64,000 nt of DNA from Candidatus Latescibacterota bacterium (GCA_965222605.1 OZ244960.1:2688001-2752000); one strand, 5' to 3'. Counted from the first letter of the stretch, positions 39,128 through 50,642 are shown. A program made the numbers and translations. The notes: generated by a model from the sequence alone, not told the origin.

Positions 39128-39170
39128 CATAAAAAAAGGCGGCACTGGCGATAAATATAACCAGCGCCGC
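39128..39170 (-). terminator. Intrinsic terminator, duplicated at ~44121-44159
   Basis: Minus strand GCGGCGCTGG..CCAGTGCCGCC followed by T7. Confidence 0.75.
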
Positions 39171-39388
39171 ACCATGGGGTCAGCGACTCAGACGATCTTT
39201 ATATAGTTCCGCACCGTCGCCGACAGCATGCTGGATCACTTCTCCGAAATTCCACTTCACCTCTTCGCATGATTTCAAGAACAGAGAACCTATTGCGAAA
39301 AAGCAAGGACTGGTTGGTTACCGCCAGCGGCGGAACCTCTTCTAGAAGCTGCAGGTCGTAGGGACGCCACATTCATGTCGGAAGGACG

Positions 39389-39830
39389 TTGGTGCACTCG
39401 GAATCAGGTTATTCTGCGGCAGTGGTGGTGGCGGTTGTGGTGGTGACGTACCTTCGCCACCTCCACCTGGAAATATTGGTCCTGCTGCCGGTATCACCGG
39501 AATGCCTAAAACCGGTTACAGAAGGCTTGCCCTCCTCGTCTGGCACTGCATCCCAGCGCACCGTTAATTTGCTATCACCGTTTTCCACGACCACATTCGA
39601 AGGCACTGTCGCAGTCGGTTCGTCACTGTCGCGGTTCACTGCCTTGCCGAAGCTATCCACAAAGATCAGAAAATCGGGAATATCGACAATCCCATTGCCG
39701 TCAAAATCCGGTGAAGGCGGGCTACTATCCTGGGAAAAAAGAGACCGCGGGAATAGCGAGATCAGGAGGCTCAGTAAAATGAAGATACCGAGCGTGAGGA
39801 GGAAAGTTTTAACACGGGAAGGGATCATAT
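39389..39830 (-). pseudogene. Internally deleted copy of the adhesin-like gene 5' part (cf. 47743-49030)
   Basis: Shares SQDSSPPSPDF, VPSNVVVENGDSKLTVRWDAVPDEEGKPSVTG; lacks one EF-hand and the cadherin domain; frameshifted. Confidence 0.85.
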
Positions 39831-40120
39831 AGGCGACAAATAGCGAAAATACCATGTAAGGAATTATTTTTTATTAAACTGACAACCGTTTGTATTTTGA
39901 AACAAAATATATATGGCAATTTCTGCCAGGTCAATCTCTTTTGCGATCACCTTTTTTCGTCCATGACCCTGCATTGGCTTATTGTGCGAGTCAAATATGA
40001 CGTGCTGAGTTGCACAGTGATGTTCTTTGCGTCTTGCATTGAATTGCATTTCAACATAACTTTGGGTATATTCCAAATCGTTGATGTGTGCTTTGGATTA
40101 CATGGTGAGGAACGAATGCG

Positions 40121-40366
40121 ATGACCGATACATATACAGCAACTGGAACACTGGTTGATGGCCGCACAGTAACACTGAATAGAGAAATTCCAATACCAAA
40201 AGGCAAGGTGCGCGTTGTCGTCAAATCTTTGGAAGAAATCTCAAAACGTCCTGTGCTCGATGTGCTTTCAGATATTCATAAAAAACAAAATGCCCGTGGT
40301 CACACACCTCCAGTGCGCGAGCAAGTAGATATATATTTGCAAGCTGAACGCGATAGTTGGAATTGA
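40121..40366 (+). CDS. Putative antitoxin
   Basis: 81-aa ORF directly upstream of PIN gene, ends LQAERDSW. Confidence 0.7.
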   Translation: MTDTYTATGTLVDGRTVTLNREIPIPKGKVRVVVKSLEEISKRPVLDVLSDIHKKQNARGHTPPVREQVDIYLQAERDSWN

Positions 40367-40372
40367 TTGATC

Positions 40373-40768
40373 ATGCGACTGTATTTGGATACAGCCCCGG
40401 TCATTTATGTTGTTGAGCAGGTACCAGATTTTTCAGAAAAAATTTTGCACTATATCCAAAAACCCGATATCGAGCTTGTTGTGAGTGATTTAACGTGGAT
40501 GGAGTGCCGCGTTAAACCATTGACAGAGAATAAAGAACCCCTTTTGGCTGATTATGATAAATTTTTTAGCCAATCCATTATTGAAATTGTCGAATTGTCC
40601 CGAAGAGTCCTGGAACGCGCCGCACATATCCGTTCACAATATAACATCAAGACGCCTGATGCCATTCATCTGGGGGCGGCTATTATCTCGAAATGCGATA
40701 TATTTTTAACGAATGATCGCAGGTTAGAGCGTTTTAAGGATATTCACATCACGGTGAAAAGGATTTGA
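40373..40768 (+). CDS. vapC: VapC (PIN) toxin
   Basis: LYLDTAPVIY, TWMEC, KTPDAIHLG, FLTNDRRL. Confidence 0.9.
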   Translation: MRLYLDTAPVIYVVEQVPDFSEKILHYIQKPDIELVVSDLTWMECRVKPLTENKEPLLADYDKFFSQSIIEIVELSRRVLERAAHIRSQYNIKTPDAIHLGAAIISKCDIFLTNDRRLERFKDIHITVKRI

Positions 40769-40769
40769 T

Positions 40770-41139
40770 GGAAATACCCGTTCCCATATCCCGTTCTCGA
40801 AACGACTAATACCCCGGTCAGACCCCACATAAACACTTCCATCCCGAGCGACATAAAGCGTGTTGATCTGCGCCCCCACCATCCCTCATCAAACGGAAAG
40901 AGATGCCAGTTCATCCCGTCATAGCGATAAATACCCTTATCCGTACCAAATAAGAAAATACCATCCCCATCCTGCACCAAACACGACAACCCTTGCCCCT
41001 TCAATTCCGGAAAAGATCGCCAGCACCAGGACTCATGCACGGGATCCGGATGACGAGGCGTAAAAGGCGTTGCCGCAAAACACACACTCGAGCCCACAAG
41101 TATCAGGAGAATCAGACATTTTGTATATTGGTCAATCAT
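40770..41139 (-). pseudogene. Duplicated 5' fragment of the histidine-kinase gene, frameshifted
   Basis: MIDQYTKCLILLIL...AATPFTPRHPDPVHESW aligns with 38745-39115. Confidence 0.9.
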
Positions 41140-41218
41140 TTAATGAATTTAATTTGTATGACTTTCTACAGAACATTTCTGCGAGAGTTGCTGTGAATTT
41201 TAGCATATAGCGAGCGAT
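41139..41218 (+). repeat. Imperfect direct repeat, partner at 50745-50810 (att-like)
   Basis: Shared AATTTAA..GTATGACTTTCT..AGAGTTGCTGTGAATTTTAG..ATAGCGAGCGAT. Confidence 0.8.
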
Positions 41219-41225
41219 TTTGATA

Positions 41226-41254
41226 TTGACGAGTGCTCAAACGTTTAGTATGAT
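41226..41254 (+). promoter_or_regulatory. Sigma70-type promoter of the methyltransferase
   Basis: TTGACG-17-TATGAT. Confidence 0.7.
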
Positions 41255-41292
41255 CTGGACAGAATATAACCCGACCGTGCGATGAGGAAATA

Positions 41293-42984
41293 ATGACAAG
41301 CACCCATTCAGAACAGAAATCAACCGGATCGCATTACACGCCTCCTGCTCTGGCTGCATTCGTTGCAAAAGAAATGCTGAAATTGTGGCAGCCACCAGAG
41401 AACACGCGCAACATCAATGTATTCGATCCCGCTCTCGGTGACGGTGAATTATTACTTGCTATTCTAAAAAATTTACAGGAAATGGATGTAAATCTATCCG
41501 TAAGCGGATACGAAACCAATAAGTCCGAGATGCTTGCTGCGAAAAAAAGAATAAAGGACCAGTTTCCAAAAACTGCCATTGAGTTCCACAATCGGGACTT
41601 CCTCGCTCAATCAGCGAGCTGTTTCTCCCATCCCGACCTTTTCCAAAGCCAACCATCAGAGCAATTCGATCTCGTAATCTCAAATCCACCTTATGTGAGA
41701 ACCCAGGTCATGGGGACAAAAAAATCCCAGGACATAGCTCGCCGATTCGGATTGGCAGGAAGGGTAGATCTCTATTATGCGTTCATTGTTGCGATAGCCC
41801 AATATATTCATCCAAAGGGCATTCTTGGAATAATCGTATCTAATCGATTCATGACGACCAGATCCGGGGAAACTGTAAGAGCCAGAATTAAAGAAATGTA
41901 TGAGATCGAACATATTTGGGATCTTGGCGACACAAAACTTTTTGAAGCGGCTGTGCTTCCCGCAGTCCTGATGCTAAAACCAAAAACCTCTAAAAAGCCA
42001 CCAATTACTGCCAAATTCACTTCAATTTACGCTTCTGATCCCGTCAAAAAAGCGCGCAATTGCGAGAGTCCAATCGAAGCCCTTCGACGCAGCGGGTATG
42101 TCAAAACAAAATCTAACGGATACTTCAGGGTTTTGAAGGGAGAGTTGGATTCAGGGCGAAGACCAGAGGACATCTGGCGAATCACCACAAAGGAAAGTAG
42201 AGAATGGCTAAGTAGAGTTCGCAGAAACACTGCTGCCACCTTCAAGGATCTTGGCAAAATCAGAGTGGGCGTTAAAACAACCGCTGATCGCGTATTCATA
42301 AGATCAGATTGGGATGACATGCCTTTGGATAAACGACCGGAATTGCTAAAAGATTTGACAACCCATCACATCGGAAATCCGTACAGGTCAAAGCCCCCAA
42401 AAAGCAAGATTCTCTACCCTCACACCATTCTTGAAGGAAAGCGTTGTGCCGTCAACCTGGCGAGTTACCCAAAATCGAAAGCCTATCTCGAAGAACACAG
42501 AAATCAGCTTGAGAGCAGAAAGTATGTCATTGAGGCAGGAAGAGAATGGTATGAAATATGGGTACCTCAAGATCCAAAAGCCTGGGAAAAAGCCAAAATC
42601 GTTTTTCGGGATATAGTTGAACATCCAACATTTTGGCTGGACCTAAATGGCACCGTAGTAAACGGAGACTGCTATTGGATTTCATGCTCTGAAGAAAACG
42701 AACTTACCTATCTGGCTCTTGCTGTAGGCAACTCCTCTTTTATAGAGTGCTTTTATGACCGGAGTTTCAACAATAAATTATATGCCGGAAGAAGACGATT
42801 CATGACTCAATATGTTGAGCATTTCCCTCTCCCAAGAATAGATTCGGCACCAGCAATCCAACTTATCAAAATGTCAAAACAGACTTTTGAATGCACATCT
42901 GACAAAAAAGCTGAACTTATTCACACAGTTGATAAACTGGTTTGGAAAGCATTTGGTTTTTCAGATAAAGAAATCCGCAGGTAG
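41293..42984 (+). CDS. Type II N6-adenine DNA methyltransferase, gamma class (BseCI/BanIII-like)
   Basis: TGSHYTP, FDPALGDG, SNPPYVRTQ, GRVDLY, DLGDTKLFEAAVLPA, TaqI-like C-terminus. Confidence 0.9.
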   Translation: MTSTHSEQKSTGSHYTPPALAAFVAKEMLKLWQPPENTRNINVFDPALGDGELLLAILKNLQEMDVNLSVSGYETNKSEMLAAKKRIKDQFPKTAIEFHNRDFLAQSASCFSHPDLFQSQPSEQFDLVISNPPYVRTQVMGTKKSQDIARRFGLAGRVDLYYAFIVAIAQYIHPKGILGIIVSNRFMTTRSGETVRARIKEMYEIEHIWDLGDTKLFEAAVLPAVLMLKPKTSKKPPITAKFTSIYASDPVKKARNCESPIEALRRSGYVKTKSNGYFRVLKGELDSGRRPEDIWRITTKESREWLSRVRRNTAATFKDLGKIRVGVKTTADRVFIRSDWDDMPLDKRPELLKDLTTHHIGNPYRSKPPKSKILYPHTILEGKRCAVNLASYPKSKAYLEEHRNQLESRKYVIEAGREWYEIWVPQDPKAWEKAKIVFRDIVEHPTFWLDLNGTVVNGDCYWISCSEENELTYLALAVGNSSFIECFYDRSFNNKLYAGRRRFMTQYVEHFPLPRIDSAPAIQLIKMSKQTFECTSDKKAELIHTVDKLVWKAFGFSDKEIRR

Positions 42985-43989
42985 CGGTATTTGAAGTTTT
43001 TTATTCAAAACTTTGCCTTCAAAACGTCTGAATCTTAAAAAGAAGTCTCTTCCGGTGGTCAGGTAAAAGTTCGTAATCCTTACGCGATTTCCAGTCAATT
43101 CACCATAAAACAATGCATATCTAACATCACAGTGCCGAAGAACAATATTTCCATCCGTCGCTGGATAGTCAAGTGCCTGCAAACTGTCGGGCGTCACAAG
43201 ACCCAAATCTATGGTCCGCGAAGTCTGGAGTTTAATTTCCAAAAGTTGATGTGGAATATCCGGGAATGTGCCCTTGTCGGCATATCCAGGATAACCCAAT
43301 AGCTTCGCGACAATCTCGTGCAGTAATGATCCGCGATTTCTCTCTTGATCCATTCCTACGTAGTCAATTTCCATCCCAATCGTGCATTTTAGAATTCCAA
43401 AGAGCATTTGAATGGAAATAAGCGAACTCAATGAAGGATCTTCTGTCGGATCAATTAGATGCGCTGACGATTCCCGCCCAATGAGTTCCGCTGGTATTGT
43501 ATCCTCCCTTGATACCAATTCACATGCCTCGGCGCCAACATCGAGAGTAGCCTGGTATTTTTGAGTTAATGTGCCCGTCCTGTCCATTTTCGCGAGTTCT
43601 GCACCGGAAATCACCCTGACATTTCCTATCCGATTGTCCTCATCTACCCGCACAATGACGTACCTGCGCGATGCATCCAGTTCCTCGTTCCAAATCTGCA
43701 GGTTATTCGACTTCTGGATATATACATCAAAGTTCTGTCCGGGGAATCTCGGCTGTGTCCTCTTGAATGATCCAGGTACTGGATAACCTATTGCTTTGCA
43801 TACTTCAGTCTTAACAACTTTTGATCTGGTCCGTAACGCAAGGCCACTGAGAGATAGTCCAACGAGACTCTCTTCCAGCATTTCTTCGAGCTTCTTGCTT
43901 GCTATGTACAGATCTGGTCGCCCTGAAGGAATACGGTCGTAAATCGTGAGGCCGCTTCTTCTAATGGCATTTTTATCCGGATGGACCAT
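42961..43989 (-). CDS. Cognate type II restriction endonuclease (putative)
   Basis: Convergent 24-bp overlap with MTase; FPDIPHQLLEIKLQ PD-(D/E)XK motif. Confidence 0.8.
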   Translation of the reverse strand: MVHPDKNAIRRSGLTIYDRIPSGRPDLYIASKKLEEMLEESLVGLSLSGLALRTRSKVVKTEVCKAIGYPVPGSFKRTQPRFPGQNFDVYIQKSNNLQIWNEELDASRRYVIVRVDEDNRIGNVRVISGAELAKMDRTGTLTQKYQATLDVGAEACELVSREDTIPAELIGRESSAHLIDPTEDPSLSSLISIQMLFGILKCTIGMEIDYVGMDQERNRGSLLHEIVAKLLGYPGYADKGTFPDIPHQLLEIKLQTSRTIDLGLVTPDSLQALDYPATDGNIVLRHCDVRYALFYGELTGNRVRITNFYLTTGRDFFLRFRRFEGKVLNKKLQIPLPADFFI

Positions 43990-46841
43990 GTCTTATTTAC
44001 TCCTGTTTTCGAGAGCTAACGCCTGTCTATAATTTGGAGAGACACCATAAATATACCAGGAAAATCACGGCCTGCTATATTTTTGCCGATTCTTAAATCG
44101 ATCATTCTCAATCCGTTCATAAAAAAAGCGGCACTGGCGATAAATATCACCAGCGCCGCAACACGTTATCAGCGGCTCATCGTTTTCCTGCGACTGTATA
44201 GGCTTCAGGATGAGCCTGCAAAAGCTCTCTCGATCACATCAGTTATTCCGTCACCGTAATCGTGGCCGTACCTGTAATATCTCCTAAGTGCCGCCCTGTG
44301 ATGGTAACGGTACCGGCAGCCACCGCGGTAACCGTGGCAGTGCCGCCCCTATTCCCATCCTCGCCTTTAGTAACACCATCGACCGTCGCCACCGCCGGGT
44401 CGCTCGTTTCCCAATACACGACTTTACCACCGTCGCCCACGTCCACCGTCCCCACGTCATAGCCGTTCGCGTCCGCGATTGCCGCACTCAGCGTCGTCGT
44501 CCCGCCTACCGTCAGGTCCGCCGAACTAGGCGAGAGCGTCAAGGACGCCGGGTATTGATACACTCTTAGGAGCAGAATGGCTGGTGACGCGTCTCCCGAA
44601 TTTATCTGAACCTGTCCCCTTCCAGTTACGCCCGCCGTGATCTCCAGGCCGCCATCCACCTTCTCGGTGTGGTTGCTTCCGGGGGGGTTTTCAGGGCTGA
44701 AGCCGCAACACGGGGAGAAAACGGCAATCAAACTAAACGACGCGTCAGTATCCTCATCGCCGTTCGCATCCAGGACCTTGACTGTCACCGACTTCGTTTC
44801 GCCCAGCGCTTCGAAGGTCAGCGAACGAGGTGAGATCTCCACTCGGGGCCCGGATACCGTCACCGTCACCGTGGCTGTCCCGCTCGCCTCCCCTCCTCCT
44901 CCGCTTGCGCTCAGTGTTATCGTGGTCGTCCCGGCCCCGATCGCTTTTACCCATCCACGCACCCCCGTTCCCACTAGGCCATCCACCGTCGCCACTTCCT
45001 CGTCGGCTGACGACCACCCCCAGGACGTGGGCCGAGTCTCGTTGCCGTTCTCGTCAAGGATCCGTGCCGTCAAGGTTTTGCCGGCGCCCACCTCCGTGAA
45101 GTCCACCGAGCTGGGATCGATCTCCACGGAAGCCACCGGCGTCGGATGGTCATTGTTCTCGATGACCACGCGCGCAGAGGAGGAACTACCCACCGAGTAG
45201 CCTGTCCCGGTCTGAACTTCCGCGATTACCTGGCCATTGATCTCAATTACATCATCATCCTCCGTTGCGACCGTCAGCGTAGCAGTGGTCGCGTTCGCGT
45301 TGATGGTCACTGTCGAGGGCGGTGTCCCACTGGTCAGATGGTCGGCATAGGTGACGTCCACATCCACATTCACCGTCAGGGCAGACGTCGGGGCAGGGGA
45401 CGCGGTGATCGTAAAAGTCACATCTGTGCCTTCAGTCACAGGTGTAGTACCTGCCGAGATCGTCACCTGTGGGTTCACCTGTGGGGTTTCGTCGACCGGG
45501 TTGTCCTCCCCTTGGAGCACCTTCGGCAGCACGACCGTCACCCTGGTCGTCGCGTTCAAGCGCACGCCGTCTTCAGTCACCGCAGCCACGGTCACGTCGG
45601 TCATCCCGGCGCCGACTGCCCGCACCTGCGCCCTCGGATCTATGATCAGGAAAGGATGTACGGTCGCCACGTTCGGGTTGGCTGATTGCCACCGCCAGGA
45701 CGTGATGTTCCCTCTGCCGGGGGCTTCGTGGCCGTTGGCGTCAATGGCGCGCAACGTCACCGTGGCAGTGCCGCCCACCGACGTCAGCTCCACCACGCCG
45801 GGATCGATTGCCGCGGATGCCGCCCGCTGCCACACGGTTACGGTTGCCTCACCGGAGACGCCGGACGCGGACGCCATCACCGTCGCAATACCATTCGCGA
45901 CGGCCGTCACCACGCCCGCCGCATTCACGGTCGCCACCTCGGGAAAGACGGAGGACCACGACACCTCCTCCCCGAGGATTTCATTGTCCTGCGCGTCCAG
46001 GACGCGCGCCGTCAACGCGGCGGTAGCGCCCAGCGACGCGAACGTCACGTCGCGCGGGGTAACCTCCACGCGCGCCGGTAGCGGAGGTGGATTGTCGTTG
46101 TCCTCAACGGTCACGCTCGCCGAAGATGAACTCCCCACTGTATAGCCTGTTCCGGCTTGCAATTGCGCGGTTACCACACTATTCGACTCATCCGTTTGAT
46201 CATTGTCGGTACTGACCGTCAGTGTGGCACTGGTCTTGTTAGCGTCAATAGTCACTGTCGAGGACGGTGTGCCACTGATGACATCGCCGGTCTCACTGAC
46301 ATCCACATTCACTGTCAGTGCTGTTGCCGGTGCAGGATCCGCTGTAATCGTAAACGTCGCAGCAGTGCCTTCCGTCACTGGTGAGGTACCTGCCGAAATG
46401 GTCACCTGTGGAACATCGTTATCGTTCACCGTCACGCTCGCCGAAGATGAACTCCCCACTGTATAGCCTGTTCCGCCTTGCAATCCCGCGGTCACCACAC
46501 TATTGGACTCATCTGCCTCATCATTATCCGTCGCTACTGTCAGCCTGGCGGTGGTCTCACCAGCATTAATGGTCACTGTCGAGGGCACCGTGCCGCTGAT
46601 AATATCGCCAGTCTCAGTCACCTTCACACTCACTGTCAGTGCTGTTAGCTGCGCTGGGGATATAGTAATCGTAAACGTCGCAGCCGTCCCTTCCGTAACA
46701 GGGGTAGTACCCGCAGAGATGGTCACCTCTGGGGTCCCTGGTGGAGGAATGTCGTTGTCCTCAACAGTCACGCTCGCAGAGGAAGAACTACCTACGGTAT
46801 AGCCTATTCCACTCTCCACTTGCGCGGTCACCACGCTATTA

Positions 46842-47742
46842 ACCTTTGGTGCTAGTGTTATATTCTGAAGTGTGCGATGGCAAGGTTAATGAACCCATCT
46901 TCATCGGGTTTAAAGCCCTGCCATTGTACCAAGATATTGAAGGCGGCCATGGTAAAAGCCAATCGCATTGCAAAATAGCTCCAGACCCGATGCATGACTT
47001 TCTTAAAATGCCACACGAGCGTCATCATAGATAAGATGGTTTCAACCACCATGCGCTCATTCCAAGTGCCACGCGGACAGATTTTTAAGTTTTCTGGGTT
47101 GTCTTGCGCTTTTTGAAAGCCGACATCGGCAAAGACGACCATGTCTGATTGCACCTGCTTGATGAGATGGTGGAAGGTGGTATCGTGAACATTAGCTGTC
47201 TGACAGTCCCAATCCACGATGAGACCCCATTGATTGATCAACAGACAGAGCTTGCCACCGACAATCCAGCGATAATTCGATTTGCCTTTCTTCCCGATCT
47301 GAGCAGGACTTCTGCCTTCTCGGATCGGATGAATCAACTCAATGCCATAGCTATCAATGATGCCCAACACGCTCTTTTCGGCTAAAAATCGGCTTGTGGC
47401 GTGTTGATGCCTTAAAAAGAGGCGAAACAAGCGCGTGCGATGAGGTAAGTTAGGAAACAGGTGCTGCCAATCGTTTATCAGCCAATCATAATAGGCGCGA
47501 TTGCCCACCCCTTTAATCGCAAAAAGCAAGGCCAACGTGATGACTTCGCTGGGATAGAGCTTGGCTTGAGGATGTTTCTCAAGGTCTTGCGTTTGATCAT
47601 CTACCCGACAGAACAGGTCAATGATCAGCATTTCAGTCGTCATGAAGTTTACCTCCCTGCTGTGAATGAATGAGGTGCTAACTCATTCAGCATAGGTAAA
47701 CTTCTGGCGACTTACAACTTCTTATCTACTAGCACCAAAGGT
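46842..47742 (-). mobile_element. IS982-family insertion sequence, 901 bp
   Basis: 15-bp perfect TIR ACCTTTGGTGCTAGT/ACTAGCACCAAAGGT; 5-bp TSD TATTA (46837-41, 47743-47). Confidence 0.9.
46858..47643 (-). CDS. DDE transposase
   Basis: IDLFCRVDD, SEVITL, IIDSYG, TANVHD, FADVGF, RMVVET. Confidence 0.9.
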   Translation of the reverse strand: MTTEMLIIDLFCRVDDQTQDLEKHPQAKLYPSEVITLALLFAIKGVGNRAYYDWLINDWQHLFPNLPHRTRLFRLFLRHQHATSRFLAEKSVLGIIDSYGIELIHPIREGRSPAQIGKKGKSNYRWIVGGKLCLLINQWGLIVDWDCQTANVHDTTFHHLIKQVQSDMVVFADVGFQKAQDNPENLKICPRGTWNERMVVETILSMMTLVWHFKKVMHRVWSYFAMRLAFTMAAFNILVQWQGFKPDEDGFINLAIAHFRI

Positions 47743-47989
47743 TATTAGGCTCATCTCCCTCATCATTGTCCGTCGCTACTGTCAATGTAGCGCTGGTCGC
47801 GTTGGCATTGATCGTGACACTCGAAGAAGCCGTGCCACTGATGACATCACCATCCTCGCTGACATCCACATTCACAGTCAGGGCTGTTGCCGGTGCAGGA
47901 TTCGCTGTGATCGTAAACGTCGCAGACGTACCTTCCGTCACAGGCGTAGTACCCACCGAGATTGTCACCTGCGGGGTTGGAGGTGGTGG

Positions 47990-48088
47990 TTGAGGCGGTT
48001 GAGGCCGTGGTGGCGGTTGAGGCCGTGGTGGCGGTTGAGGCCGTGGTGGCGGTTGAGGCCGTGGTGGCGGTTGAGGCCGTGGTGGCGG
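47990..48088 (-). repeat. 18-bp tandem repeat encoding PRPQPP
   Basis: GGTGGCGGTTGAGGCCGT units x~5. Confidence 0.9.
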
Positions 48089-49585
48089 TGACGTACCTCC
48101 GCCACCTGTAAATATTGGCCCCGCTGCCGGTATCACCGGGATGCCCAAAACAGGCGAGGACCACTCACTCATGCCCCCATCGACAAGTGTGCGAACGCTC
48201 ACCAAATACGCCTGACCGTTGAGCAAACCCGTGATCGTCACACTCGTCTCCAACCGACTGCTCGTAGGCTCACCAACTGCCCATTCAACACTATCCTCGG
48301 CATCGCGCTCCCGATAACCCACCTCATACCCGGTCACAGAAGGTTTGCCCTCCTCATCGGGCACCGCATCCCAACGCACCGTCAATTTGCTATCACCATT
48401 CTCCACAACCACATTCGAGGGCACTATCGCAGACGGTTCTTCAATGTTATTGATGGTAATGTTCACGACAAGGCTCGCACTACCACCGTTACCGTCGCTG
48501 ACGATCACCGTCACGGAATAGCTGCTCTTTTCCTCAAAGTTGTATGTCCCCTGTGTCGTTATCTGTCCTGTGCTCGCATCAATGGCAAAGTTGTCTGAAT
48601 CGTCCCCGCTGAGGCGATAGGTCAGCGTATGGCCATCGGCATCGGTTCCTGAGATGGGGTCGCCTATGGGCTGTCCGGATGGGATGTTTTCATCTACTGA
48701 TCGCATCACGGGAGGTTCTGATGTGAAGACCGGTGCGCGGTTCACCTCTTTGCCAAAGCTATCTATAAAGATCAGAAAATCGCCAGTCCCAATCTCACCA
48801 TCGCCATCCAGATCGTATTTTGCATCATATTTCTCTTCACCTTCCTTTGACCCGAACACATCGACAAAGAGCAAAAAATCGGGAATATCCACAACACTAT
48901 TGCCATTAAAGTCCGGGGAAGGCGGGCTACTATCCTGTGAAAAAAGAGACCACGGGGAAATTAAGAGCAAAAGGCTCAGCAAGCAGGCGGTGCCGAGCGC
49001 AAAAGGGAGCGGTTTAATACGGTGTCTCATCTATCAATCCTTTTGTAAAATGTGGTTTACGTTGTGCATTTGGGTCGAACGGGGTTTGTCTGGGGTTGTT
49101 TGGCAGAACCTGTGAGACTTCAATCATCAATCGTTTGCACCAGATTGCATTATTAAAAATATACTTAAAATCATACGTGATGTGTGACTTCAAGAGTGAC
49201 CGAGTCCATCTCAGTTCAATTATAAACACGTTTACATTTCACAAGATACAAACAGGCCTCAGCAATGCAAGAGAAATGTCGCACGTCTGCAATTGTCAGC
49301 GAATTGATGCCTTGCTCAAAGAGATTCAGCTCGACAGGCACAGCACTCGTTGTACTGGTCGTAGAAAGAGACGATCTCTCTTACTTGACATAAACAGGAG
49401 AAGTTCAACTAACTATACTTATACGGATATGAGTTGCTTCTTTGACCACACTGAGAAGCCTGTCAACCTTTTGCTTTGTTCTTTTTAAACGCTCAAACGG
49501 TTTCGTCCGTTGCACATAGATGTGGTTCCGTTTTGGTATCAGACCCTATCCGCAACGGTCACCGCCTCGCCAAACATTTTTTCGT

Positions 49586-49614
49586 TTGACAAAATAGCTT
49601 TGTATAAGTATAGT
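49586..49614 (+). promoter_or_regulatory. Near-consensus sigma70 promoter of the recombinase
   Basis: TTGACA-17-TATAGT. Confidence 0.75.
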
Positions 49615-49703
49615 TATATTGATTGAAATATCGGATTGCCGTACACGAAGCCAACAGCTTGACCCTCTGCAGGTAGCCACAGTCGAGCAGCCCAGGAGCG
49701 ACT

Positions 49704-50642
49704 ATGCAACGGAATATCTCCCTACAATCTGCCTTCGACACCACGCCTTCGGCAATATCCATCGACATAGCCCGATTGATGCAGGCCAGCATCGCGCCCA
49801 ACACGGCGAAGGCGTACCGCGCTGCCCTTGACAAGTTGACCAAACACCTGAACGGGCGACCACCAACCGACAGGACACTGGCCGACTACTTAGCCCACTT
49901 ATATGCCAGAGGACTGGCCCCTGCTTCTGTCGCCTTAGTGGTGCAAGCCGTCCGCTTTTGGGAAAAAATAGAAGGCCGTCCGTCGAGTGTTGGCCCGTTG
50001 ACGACTCGCACTTTGGCCGGAATCCGCCGCGAAGGTCGTGGCCGTGGTCGTGGGCAGGTAACCGGATTGACCCGAGAGGCGGTCAAACTCATGGCTCATA
50101 ACGCCGCCAGGACCAACACCCTGGCCGGATTGAGAGACGCCGCCCTGTTGCGCGTGATGAGCGACGCCCTGTTGAGGATCGGCGAGGCCGTAGCCATCGA
50201 CTGTGAGCACATCACGACCGAAGCCGACGGGACCGGGCGCCTTGATATCCACCAGAGCAAGACCGACCAGAATGGGAAAGGCGCGAGCCTCTACTTGACT
50301 ACTCGCACCGTCGATGCCATCCGCCAGTTGCAGGCCCGCGCTGGATACACAGCTGGGCCTCTCTTTCGCCGGATGTTGAAGGGCGACCACATGAGCAACA
50401 ATCGCTTGACGGTCGATGGCGCGCGATTAGCCATCAAAGCGTCCGCAAAACAAGCCGGTATTGAGGGCGTAAGCGGACACAGCCTCCGAATTGGAACCGC
50501 CCAGGAACTTGCCCAGCGCGGCGCTACCCTGGTCGAGTTGCAAAACGCTGGCCGCTGGACAGATAGCCAGATGCCAGCCCACTATACCCGCAATCAGGCC
50601 GCAGGTAAGGGAGCCGTGGCCCGCTTGCTGCGAGATGACTAA
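49704..50642 (+). CDS. Cre-like tyrosine recombinase
   Basis: APNTAKAY, LRDAALL, LLRIGE, SKTDQ, SGHSLRIG, AGRW, HYTR. Confidence 0.92.
   Translation: MQRNISLQSAFDTTPSAISIDIARLMQASIAPNTAKAYRAALDKLTKHLNGRPPTDRTLADYLAHLYARGLAPASVALVVQAVRFWEKIEGRPSSVGPLTTRTLAGIRREGRGRGRGQVTGLTREAVKLMAHNAARTNTLAGLRDAALLRVMSDALLRIGEAVAIDCEHITTEADGTGRLDIHQSKTDQNGKGASLYLTTRTVDAIRQLQARAGYTAGPLFRRMLKGDHMSNNRLTVDGARLAIKASAKQAGIEGVSGHSLRIGTAQELAQRGATLVELQNAGRWTDSQMPAHYTRNQAAGKGAVARLLRDD

Larger units (their letters stand above)
44243..49030 (-). pseudogene. Large surface/adhesin-like protein (EF-hand/dockerin, cadherin, FN3, Pro-rich linker, Calx-beta repeats, Big_2 Ig) disrupted by an IS
   Basis: Removing IS and one TSD rejoins ...GAT GAG CCT AAT AGC GTG GTG ACC (DEPNSVVT) in frame, giving 1293 aa. 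Confidence 0.9.

Noticed and set aside
39115-39175. ORF-track N-terminal extensions (also 31047, 25897, 12644, 19799, 32250, 32867)
   Set aside because: Extensions cross terminators or neighbouring genes; downstream ATGs with SD or paralogue alignment fit better
49096-49488. ORF upstream of the recombinase
   Set aside because: No SD or motif support
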